From contig PGYD01000002.1 in the NCBI GenBank assembly GCA_002839495.1, forward strand, positions 1 to 62,884: 62,884 nucleotides of DNA, read 5' to 3'. The notes beneath the pieces were generated by a model, which saw only the letters and a list, made by a program, of their open reading frames with translations, was not told where the DNA came from and made no database searches. Shown here piece after piece: positions 18,285 through 26,269 of this stretch. Source of the stretch: Planctomycetes bacterium HGW-Planctomycetes-1 (lineage in GTDB: Bacteria; Planctomycetota; Phycisphaerae; Sedimentisphaerales; UBA12454). Each line of letters begins with the position of its first letter. Position 1 is the stretch's first letter. The translations under genes and the position numbers were made by a program.

Positions 18285-18387
18285 ATCCCGTTAGACCTGT
18301 TTTAGTACTAAATATGTTGTTGTTAATAAGCGAAAAGGCAGTAATATCTTATGCCGCTTGGCATTAAGTAAAGGGGTCTAACGGGAT
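18285..18387 (+). repeat. 13-bp perfect inverted repeat in the thi4 leader
   Basis: ATCCCGTTAGACC (18285-18297) and GGTCTAACGGGAT (18375-18387). The interior is AT-rich and contains the palindrome TTTAGTACTAAA. Confidence 0.7.
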
Positions 18388-18416
18388 GTATATAATGAAA
18401 CGGAAGGAAGTAAAAA

Positions 18417-19163
18417 ATGAAGGAAATTCAAATCAGCAGAGCGATAATCGAACAGTACACAACCAAACTGCTTGACAGGCTCGAAAACGACGTCGTCATC
18501 GCCGGCTCTGGCCCGGCAGGACTTGCGGCGGCATATTACCTCGCTAAAGGCGGCGTGAAAACTACCGTTATCGAAAGGAAACTTGCCATCGGCGGCGGCA
18601 TCTGGGGCGGGGCGGCAGGATTTAACGAAATAGTACTCGAAGATTCCGAAATACTCGACGAAATAGGAATTCCGTCGAAAAAGAAAAACGGCCTGACCAT
18701 CGCCGATTCTGTCGAATTCGCCACAACGCTTTGCAGCAAAACAATCGCGGCAGGTGCGGTTGTTTTTAATCTGACCGATATTGAGGATATAATAGTTAAG
18801 AAAAACGCTGTCTGCGGCGTTGTTGTCAACGGCACAGGAATAAAACTTGCCAGGCTGCACGTTGACCCGTTCTGCATAAGCGCTAAATTTGTCGTCGATT
18901 CCACCGGCCATCCCGCCGAGCTGGTAGCAATGCTCAAAAACAGAGACGAAAAGTTCCACGTGAAGAAAATCGGCGAAGGCTTTATGGACGTCGAAACTTC
19001 CGAAGCGGGCGTGGTCGAAAGAACAGGAGAAATATTCAAGGGCCTTTACGTAGCAGGTATGAGCGTATGCTCGGCGTATAACCTGCCTCGAATGGGGCCG
19101 ATTTTCGGCGGAATGCTGAAAAGCGGTAAAAAAGTCGCAGAGCTGATAAATGCAAAATTGTAA
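18417..19163 (+). CDS. thi4: thiazole synthase Thi4 family
   Basis: VVIAGSGPAGLAAAYYL...VIERKLAIGGGIWGG. A TPP riboswitch lies upstream. Confidence 0.85.
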   Translation: MKEIQISRAIIEQYTTKLLDRLENDVVIAGSGPAGLAAAYYLAKGGVKTTVIERKLAIGGGIWGGAAGFNEIVLEDSEILDEIGIPSKKKNGLTIADSVEFATTLCSKTIAAGAVVFNLTDIEDIIVKKNAVCGVVVNGTGIKLARLHVDPFCISAKFVVDSTGHPAELVAMLKNRDEKFHVKKIGEGFMDVETSEAGVVERTGEIFKGLYVAGMSVCSAYNLPRMGPIFGGMLKSGKKVAELINAKL

Positions 19164-19662
19164 AATTCCGACTATCGAACAATGTTATGAGCTTTTAAAG
19201 CAGCATCGGACGCCTGACCATATTATCAGGCACTGCGAAGCTGCCGCCGGTTTGGCTGTTGGGATTGCGAAAAAACTTTCCGCTCAAGGAATAAAAGTCG
19301 ATATAGATTTCGTACAAAGAGGCTGTCTGCTGCACGATGTTTTGCGCCTTGCCGGAAAAGGACACGAAGACGCCGCCTCTGAAATACTGAAACACGAATA
19401 TCCCGAACTTGCGCTTGCAATCAGGAAACACGCGTACCTGTCCATAATCGACGAAGAAATGAAGCCCCGCACAATCGAGGAAAAAATTATTTATTACGCC
19501 GACAAGCGGGTTATGCACGACAGGGTCGTTTCGCTTACTGAAAGGCTCGAAGAAGGACACCGCAGAAATACCCGTCCGGGCGATAGAAAAACGGTCGATA
19601 TCGATTATATCGATTCGCTCATTTTCGAGCTTGAAAAAGAACTTTTATCCAAGGAAGAATAA
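19150..19662 (+). CDS. HD-domain phosphohydrolase
   Basis: 170 aa with IIRHCEA...LLHDVLR (H...HD). It overlaps the thi4 stop by 14 nt. Confidence 0.65.
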   Translation: MQNCKIPTIEQCYELLKQHRTPDHIIRHCEAAAGLAVGIAKKLSAQGIKVDIDFVQRGCLLHDVLRLAGKGHEDAASEILKHEYPELALAIRKHAYLSIIDEEMKPRTIEEKIIYYADKRVMHDRVVSLTERLEEGHRRNTRPGDRKTVDIDYIDSLIFELEKELLSKEE

Positions 19663-19663
19663 T

Positions 19664-20539
19664 TTGGCTCAGGTCTGGACGATACAAAAGCTGCTCGACT
19701 GGATGGTGGGCCGTTTTACCGAGGAAAAGATTGACTCGCCTCGTTTAAGCGCCGAGCTGATTCTGTCTTCCGTGCTTCAGATGGAAAGAATTCAGCTTTA
19801 TACGCATTTCGATAAAGAGGTCGAAAAGCCGCAGCTCGGCAAGCTTCACGAACTCGTTAAACGCTGCCTGCAAAACGAGCCGGTTCAGTATTTGACCGGA
19901 AAATGCGAGTTTTATTCCCTATCGCTTAAAGTCGCCCCGGCCTGTCTTATACCAAGGCCTGAAACGGAATTGCTTGTCGAGCGGGCGATAGAATTTTTGC
20001 GCGGTCGAGCGGGCAAACAGTATGTTTGCGATTTGTGTACTGGCTGCGGATGTGTCGCGGCGGCAATCGCGAAAAATTTTCCGGAAGCGAAAGTCATAGC
20101 GACCGATATTTGCGACAAGGCCCTGAGTATCGCGGCCGAAAACATTAAAAAACATAACCTCTCAGAAAGGGTCGAACTTTTGCAGGGAGATTTATTTGCG
20201 CCGATAATCAGCAGGCTCGATGTGAAAGAGTTCGATTTGATTGTCTGCAATCCGCCTTATGTAAGTGCGGCTGAATATGAAAAACTCGACGCGAAAGTAA
20301 AAAATTATGAGCCGAAAACCGCACTGGACGGCGGAGCGGACGGGCTTGATGTTTATCGAAGAATAGCCGCACAGACCGGGGGATATTTAAAAAAGGACGG
20401 GGCGCTGATACTTGAAATCGGATACCTGCAGGGTCAGGCGGTCAAAAAACTGCTCGAAGAGAGCAACTGCTTTAGTCCGATAAAAATCGAGAAAGATTTC
20501 AGCAATAACGACAGAATCGTAACCGCTGTCAAATCATAG
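19664..20539 (+). CDS. prmC: peptide chain release factor N5-glutamine methyltransferase
   Basis: DLCTGCGCVA SAM motif and IVCNPPYV. The track ORF opens at 19631; TTG 19664, just after the HD stop, is the more likely start. Confidence 0.8.
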   Translation: MAQVWTIQKLLDWMVGRFTEEKIDSPRLSAELILSSVLQMERIQLYTHFDKEVEKPQLGKLHELVKRCLQNEPVQYLTGKCEFYSLSLKVAPACLIPRPETELLVERAIEFLRGRAGKQYVCDLCTGCGCVAAAIAKNFPEAKVIATDICDKALSIAAENIKKHNLSERVELLQGDLFAPIISRLDVKEFDLIVCNPPYVSAAEYEKLDAKVKNYEPKTALDGGADGLDVYRRIAAQTGGYLKKDGALILEIGYLQGQAVKKLLEESNCFSPIKIEKDFSNNDRIVTAVKS

Positions 20540-20665
20540 TCCAATTACCTGCAAAAGAGCCCTGTCCGGCACATTTGAAGTATTCCTTTATTATTGACAA
20601 AAGACATAAGTTGTTTTACCATAAAAAATTGAGAATGAAGTATTACTGGAGGTTTTTCGCCTTTT

Positions 20666-22057
20666 ATGGCTGAAGCATCGATAACAGAAAATAACGGTGA
20701 TTTGAGCAAGGCAGTTTCGTTTTTCAAACGTGCCGAAGAAGTCGCCGCGACAGATAACTTCGATTATGCAATAGATTTGTATATCGAGGGTCTTCAGCGT
20801 GCGCCGGATGCGGTGGAAGAGGGCCATAAACCGCTGCGGTATAACGCGCTCGTCAGGCAGGGCAAAGGCGGCAAGAAACCTTCAATGTTTGAAAAAATGA
20901 GACATTCCCGCGGAAAAAATCCGCTCGAAAATATGCTCAGCACCGAGTTTTTGCTCGCCAAGGACCCCGATAATCTGACATATGCTGAACAAATGCTCAA
21001 CGCCGCGGTTGCCGGCGGATTCAAAAAAACTGCGATGTGGATTGCCGACCTTATTTTCGAGGCAAACAGGTCTGCCGACAAGCCCAGCCTTCAAACATAT
21101 CTGCTTTTAAAGGATTCATATTCCGCAATTGAAGCGTATGCCAAGGCCGCCAGCGCCTGCGGATATGCCTGCAGATTGAAGCCTGACGACGGCGTATTGG
21201 CCGGCGAATTTAAAAATCTTTCCGCAAAACTTGCTATGCAAAAAGGAAAGTACGACCAGCAGGGAGATTTTAGAGATTCCATACTGGACAGGGAAACACA
21301 GGAAAAATACCAGCTCCAGCAGGCCGCGGTAAAAAGTATAGACTTCAGACAGCAGGCGATTGCCGACGCGCAGCAGCTTTACCAAGCTGATAAATCCTCA
21401 CAAAACATATTTAAGCTCGCCGACGCTTTTAGCGACCTTCAAAACGACCAGGGCGACCGGGACGCAATCAAACTTCTCGAAGAGTCTTTCGAGCAATTCA
21501 AGGATTTTGCCTTTAAAAAAAAGGCCGGTGAGATAAAACTCAAGATGCTCCGCCGCCACGTAAGAAACGCAAAGGCATCTCTCGAAACCGGCCAACAGGC
21601 AAAAGAAACTGTCGATATCGCGACAAAGCGGCTCCTTGCCGCCGAGCTCGAACATTACAGGCTTTGTATGGACAATTATCCGACCGATTTGCGGCTGAAA
21701 TACGAATACGGCGTCCGGCTGATGAGAAATCAGAGGTATGACGAAGCTATTCCGTTTCTGCAGGAGGCCCGCAAGGACCTCAGGCACAGGATTGCCGCTA
21801 TGAACAAGGCCGGCCTGTGCTTTTTCGTCAAGGGCTGGTTCAAAGACGCTATCGACATCTTCAAAGAGGCCGTCGAGGAATACGAAATAAAAGACGATGA
21901 CATTGCCAAGGAATTAAGGTATAATCTGGCAAGGGCTTACGAGCAGCAGGGCCAGATTGAAGAGGCCCTCGAGTTGTATAGAAAGGTTGCCCAGATTGAT
22001 TTCGGATACAAGGATGTTAAAATAAAGGTGGACAAACTAAGAAATATCGGACAATAG
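20666..22057 (+). CDS. TPR-repeat protein
   Basis: 463 aa, helical, with repeated A..Y/F..A patterns. I recognised no catalytic motif. Confidence 0.55.
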   Translation: MAEASITENNGDLSKAVSFFKRAEEVAATDNFDYAIDLYIEGLQRAPDAVEEGHKPLRYNALVRQGKGGKKPSMFEKMRHSRGKNPLENMLSTEFLLAKDPDNLTYAEQMLNAAVAGGFKKTAMWIADLIFEANRSADKPSLQTYLLLKDSYSAIEAYAKAASACGYACRLKPDDGVLAGEFKNLSAKLAMQKGKYDQQGDFRDSILDRETQEKYQLQQAAVKSIDFRQQAIADAQQLYQADKSSQNIFKLADAFSDLQNDQGDRDAIKLLEESFEQFKDFAFKKKAGEIKLKMLRRHVRNAKASLETGQQAKETVDIATKRLLAAELEHYRLCMDNYPTDLRLKYEYGVRLMRNQRYDEAIPFLQEARKDLRHRIAAMNKAGLCFFVKGWFKDAIDIFKEAVEEYEIKDDDIAKELRYNLARAYEQQGQIEEALELYRKVAQIDFGYKDVKIKVDKLRNIGQ

Positions 22058-22091
22058 TAAATATAATAGATAATTTTAGTCAGGAGTAAAA

Positions 22092-22358
22092 ATGGCACAT
22101 TCATTATCGGCCAAAAAAAGAGTACGGCAGAACGCAAAACGCAGAGTAATCAATCGCGCCAGAAAAAGCGCAGTTAAAACGCAAACGAAAGGCTTTGTGG
22201 CGGCTTTAAGCAGCGGAGACAAAAAGGCAGTGAAAGAGCAGTTCAAGCTCGTTGTCAAAAAACTCGACAAAGTCGCCGCCAAGGGGACCATACACAAGAA
22301 AAAAGCTTCAAGGCTTAATTCGCGTATGGCCAAAAAGATTAACAAGCTTAAAGGTTGA
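22092..22358 (+). CDS. rpsT: 30S ribosomal protein S20
   Basis: MAHSLSAKKRVRQNAKRRVINRARKSAVKT. Confidence 0.9.
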   Translation: MAHSLSAKKRVRQNAKRRVINRARKSAVKTQTKGFVAALSSGDKKAVKEQFKLVVKKLDKVAAKGTIHKKKASRLNSRMAKKINKLKG

Positions 22359-22395
22359 CACTGACTAACACGGACTATAACACGGACAGACACAG

Positions 22396-22442
22396 AAAAA
22401 CAGCGTTGTGCCGGTGAAAAGATTGGTATGGCGCTGTTTTTT
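22396..22442 (+). terminator. possible terminator after rpsT
   Basis: AAAAACAGCG...CGCTGTTTTT arms with a 26-nt loop and a T-run. It is preceded by the tandem 10-mer TAACACGGAC x2 (22366-22387). Confidence 0.35.
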
Positions 22443-22465
22443 ATTATTTAAACAAAAAGAATTAA

Positions 22466-24643
22466 ATGGTTGACGTTTTAAAAAAGAAAATAATGACCCA
22501 TCTGGGTCATAAAGAATACAAGCCGGCAAGACTTGCCGATGTCGCAAAGTCTCTGGGGATAGATAAAGCAGGATATGAGGATTTCGAAAGAGCATTTAAT
22601 CAGCTTCGGGATGAAGGTTTGGTTATTCTCGGCTCGAAAAATCTCGCCTCGTTGCCGCCCGTTTCGGGCAAGGTTTACGGCACGTTTCGGGCATCGGCAA
22701 AAGGATTCGGTTTCGTAACGCCGACCGAGAAAAATATGCACGGCGATTTGTTTATTCCCGCCGATTATACAGCCGAGGCGATGACGGGCGATACGGTCGT
22801 TGCCAAAGTCATAAAAGAAGCCCGACGCGGAACCGAAGCCCGATACAGCGGCAAGATTATCGAAATTCTCCAGCGGGCAAATAACCGTTTCGTAGGAAAT
22901 ATAATAAGAAAAGGCGATTCTTATTACCTTGTGCCGGACGGGAAATTCACCGAGGTTATAGAGATTGAGGATATAACCGCCAAGAACGCCCTGCCCGGAG
23001 ACAAAGCGGTTGTTGAAATAATAAGCTATCCGACATCACAAAAATACGGCAGAGGCGTTATCACCGAAGTGCTCGGCAAAAGCGGCGGATACAAAACCGA
23101 AATCGACGCGGTCATCAGGCGTTTCGCACTGCCTTATGAATTCAATTCCGCCTGCTTGACAGAAGCGGGACAGGCCGCCAGAAATTTCGAAAAGACCGAC
23201 TTTTCAGACAGACTCGACTTAACTAAAACGACTATCATAACTATCGACCCTGAAGATTCTAAGGATTTCGATGACGCCATAAGCGTTGAAAAAAATCCGG
23301 ATAATACTTTTACGCTCGGTGTTCATATCGCCGATGTCAGCGCATTTGTAAAACCTGAATCGGCGCTCGATACCGAAGCCAAAGAGAGAGGCAACAGCGT
23401 TTATTTGCCGGGCCTTGTACTGCCGATGCTGCCGGAAACTCTCAGCAACGGCGTTTGCAGTCTCCAGCCGCAGCAAAAACGTCTTACAAAATCCGCGTTT
23501 ATAACTTACGACAACAGGGGCAAAGTTCTCAAAACCGAATTTGCCGAAAGTGTTATCTGTTCGGCGGCAAGACTGACATATACCGAGGCTGACAAAATTC
23601 TCAAAGGACAAAAAATAAACAAACCCGCCTCTGTCATTTCGCTTTTGCGTGATATGGAAAAACTCGCGAAGATAATAGAGGCCCGACGCGACAAAGAAGG
23701 TATGCTTCATCTCGATTTGCCGGAAATCGAGCTTGTGTTCGACAAGGCCGGCAGAGTGGTTGACGCTCACCCTGCCGATAACAGCTATCCCCATACGATA
23801 ATTGAAATGTTTATGGTCGAGGCAAACGAGGCAGTTGCGCGTCTGTTTGACAGTTTGGAAATCCCGTTTATACGAAGGATACACCCCGACCCGGATTCGC
23901 TGAGCTTAAAAAGTCTTGCTCAAACCCTCAAGGCTCTCGGCGTTTCGTCGCCGAAAAATCCGAACAGGTTCGACCTGCAGAAGATTGTCAATTATATAAA
24001 AGACAAGCCTTCGGCCTTTGCGGTAAATACATATATCCTTCGTTCTCTTGCGCGTGCGGAATATTCGCCGCTGAATATCGGCCATTACGCCCTTGCATCG
24101 AGACATTATACTCATTTCACAAGCCCAATTCGCAGGTACGCCGATTTGCTTATCCACAGGCTTCTTGAGCTTTACCTGAAAGGCAGGCTGCAAAAAAACA
24201 GCAGCGATATCCTGCCGGTTGAAGAACTTACTGAAATCGGCAGACACATCAGCTTTACCGACAGAAGAGCCGAAGACGCCGAGTCGGATTTACGAACGGT
24301 TCTGGTATTGCAGCTTATGAAAAGCAGGCTCGGCCAGACTATGGAGACTGTCGTATCCGGCCTGGCGAATTTCGGAATCTTTGTTCAGTGCACAAAATTC
24401 GGCATTGAAGGCCTTATTCCTATCGACCTGCTCGGAAAAGACAAATTTGTTTATGACCACCTCGCTAAATGCGTCTATGGAGCGCGAAGCGGCAGAACCT
24501 TTCATATTGGTATGCCACTGACCGTCAAAATTGTATCGGTAAATATAGCCGCCAGACAACTTAACGTCATACCTGTCGAAAAATCCAAAGAACAAACAGG
24601 CCGAAAAAAGAAAACAAAGAATAAAAAGAATCGAAAGCGATGA
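22466..24643 (+). CDS. rnr: ribonuclease R
   Basis: RNB domain TIDPEDSKDFDDAISVE, HYALAS..YTHFTSPIRRYADL, a C-terminal S1-like domain and a Lys/Arg tail. Confidence 0.9.
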   Translation: MVDVLKKKIMTHLGHKEYKPARLADVAKSLGIDKAGYEDFERAFNQLRDEGLVILGSKNLASLPPVSGKVYGTFRASAKGFGFVTPTEKNMHGDLFIPADYTAEAMTGDTVVAKVIKEARRGTEARYSGKIIEILQRANNRFVGNIIRKGDSYYLVPDGKFTEVIEIEDITAKNALPGDKAVVEIISYPTSQKYGRGVITEVLGKSGGYKTEIDAVIRRFALPYEFNSACLTEAGQAARNFEKTDFSDRLDLTKTTIITIDPEDSKDFDDAISVEKNPDNTFTLGVHIADVSAFVKPESALDTEAKERGNSVYLPGLVLPMLPETLSNGVCSLQPQQKRLTKSAFITYDNRGKVLKTEFAESVICSAARLTYTEADKILKGQKINKPASVISLLRDMEKLAKIIEARRDKEGMLHLDLPEIELVFDKAGRVVDAHPADNSYPHTIIEMFMVEANEAVARLFDSLEIPFIRRIHPDPDSLSLKSLAQTLKALGVSSPKNPNRFDLQKIVNYIKDKPSAFAVNTYILRSLARAEYSPLNIGHYALASRHYTHFTSPIRRYADLLIHRLLELYLKGRLQKNSSDILPVEELTEIGRHISFTDRRAEDAESDLRTVLVLQLMKSRLGQTMETVVSGLANFGIFVQCTKFGIEGLIPIDLLGKDKFVYDHLAKCVYGARSGRTFHIGMPLTVKIVSVNIAARQLNVIPVEKSKEQTGRKKKTKNKKNRKR

Positions 24644-25914
24644 GAACCGTCAAATATTCCACCCTGATTATTTTTTTAATATCGTTTTTCGTCTTTTCGG
24701 CATCGGCGGACTGCCCGACAAATATTATCCTGATAATCGCTGACGGTGCGGGATTTAATCATATCGACGCTTTAAATTATTACAGGAACGGCAAAAAAGG
24801 TTCGCAGGCTTTTGAGAAATTCCCTGTAAAACTCGCAGTAACCACATACCCCGCCGGCGGCTCGTATGAACCGAAAAAAGCCGTGGAAGATTTCAACTAT
24901 GTAAAAACGGGCCTTATTACCGACAGTGCAGCGGCCTCTACCGCTCTGGCAGCAGGAATAAAAACCAACAACGGTTTACTCGGAATTGATGTAAATGAAA
25001 ACAAACTTGAGAATATCATCGAAAGATGCGAAAAGCTCGGAATATCGACAGGCGTTATAACAACCGTACCGTTCTGCGACGCTACTCCGGCAGGCTTTGT
25101 TGTACACCAAAAATCCCGCAGAAATTATGAGGAAATCGCTGATGAAATGATAAACCAAAACGGATTAAAGGTTATTTTCGGCTGCGGCAATCCCCTGTTC
25201 GACGATGACGGCAAAGAACTCGATAAGCCTGATTTTAAATATATCAGCCGTCAAACGTGGGATTCGCTCCTCGCAAAACCAAAAAATAAATGGACATTAA
25301 TTCAAAGCAGGCAGGAATTTTTGAATCTTGCCGAAGGCGAAACGCCGAAACGGGTTTTGGGTATCGCCCGGGCAGCCTCAACTTTACAATACAAACGCAG
25401 TGGAAATTCTGTCCTGCCTTTCGATGTGCCTTTAAATCGAAACGTGCCGAATTTATCTGAAATGACAAAGGCCGCTCTTAATGTTCTCGACGGCGAGCCG
25501 AGCGGATTTTTCATTATGATTGAGGCAGGAGCCGTCGATTGGGCATCGCACGCAAATAACAGCGCGAGGATGCTCGAAGAGATGGTGGATTTTGCCGATG
25601 CTGTCGATACTGTTATCGGCTGGGTGGAAAGAAAAAGTGATTGGCAAAAAACTCTTGTGATTATCACGTCCGACCACGAAACCGGACATTTGATTGTCGA
25701 GCCTGCGGCAGAGAAAAAAATGCCGATAATAAAATGGAACTCCAAAAAACATACGAATTCGTTAGTGTTTTTCTTCGCCAAAGGACAAGGCTCGAATCTT
25801 TTTGCCGAACACATCAAAGGCAATGACCCTGTTTATGGAAGTTATATTGACAATGCCGATATAGCGAAAGTTATCTTTGCTCTTCTTAAACAAAAAACCG
25901 CGGTAACAAAATGA
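24640..25914 (+). CDS. alkaline phosphatase family protein, secreted
   Basis: Signal peptide, IIADGAGFNH, and TDSAAASTALAAGIKT (Ser nucleophile motif). The ATG overlaps the rnr TGA. Confidence 0.8.
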   Translation: MRTVKYSTLIIFLISFFVFSASADCPTNIILIIADGAGFNHIDALNYYRNGKKGSQAFEKFPVKLAVTTYPAGGSYEPKKAVEDFNYVKTGLITDSAAASTALAAGIKTNNGLLGIDVNENKLENIIERCEKLGISTGVITTVPFCDATPAGFVVHQKSRRNYEEIADEMINQNGLKVIFGCGNPLFDDDGKELDKPDFKYISRQTWDSLLAKPKNKWTLIQSRQEFLNLAEGETPKRVLGIARAASTLQYKRSGNSVLPFDVPLNRNVPNLSEMTKAALNVLDGEPSGFFIMIEAGAVDWASHANNSARMLEEMVDFADAVDTVIGWVERKSDWQKTLVIITSDHETGHLIVEPAAEKKMPIIKWNSKKHTNSLVFFFAKGQGSNLFAEHIKGNDPVYGSYIDNADIAKVIFALLKQKTAVTK

Positions 25915-26141
25915 GCGTTTTTTTGACAATTTCCGGCAGCCTGCTTTTCATAGCTTCCGCCGCTGCGCATATTTATGTAAGGGTTAAACTGCGTCCCAAA
26001 CAAGGCTCCGACTTCGACGATATCTACTGGGAATTCGAGGATACGCATCCCGGCTTTGCGAAATACAGCCGCCTGTTACAGATAACTTTTGCGGGTATAG
26101 TTATCGGGACGCTTCTGCTGTTTTTGGCACTGGTTTTTTAA
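25911..26141 (+). CDS. small two-helix membrane protein
   Basis: 76 aa with hydrophobic N- and C-terminal helices. The ATG overlaps the phosphatase TGA. Confidence 0.45.
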   Translation: MSVFLTISGSLLFIASAAAHIYVRVKLRPKQGSDFDDIYWEFEDTHPGFAKYSRLLQITFAGIVIGTLLLFLALVF

Positions 26142-26224
26142 AACTGCCAATCTGACATACAACCGAGCCGGATCGTTTTTTATAAGTTTATATTTTATAA
26201 AGACTTATATTTTTTAGGGATTCG

Positions 26225-26238
26225 GGCACATTCTTTGC
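26225..26238 (+). promoter_or_regulatory. candidate sigma54 (-24/-12) promoter upstream of clpB
   Basis: GGCAC-attct-TTGC, with the GG to GC spacing exactly as in the TGGCAC-N5-TTGC consensus. It ends 32 nt before the clpB ATG. Confidence 0.4.
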
Positions 26239-26254
26239 TCTATATATTATAGAG
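26238..26254. promoter_or_regulatory. perfect 7-3-7 palindrome CTCTATA-tat-TATAGAG just upstream of clpB
   Basis: Read directly. It abuts and overlaps the -12 element. Confidence 0.5.
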
Positions 26255-26269
26255 TTGAAAGGAAATGCG

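Noticed and set aside
24745-24757. GGTGCGGGAT inside the alkaline phosphatase gene, and GGGCGGGATGAAAA at ~16747 inside glyQS, which match the right arm of the hemL/rfbB module
   Set aside because: Both lie within conserved coding motifs (ADGAGFNH, and FHPALAP on the opposite strand). Neither has a complementary left arm nearby, so they are chance matches.
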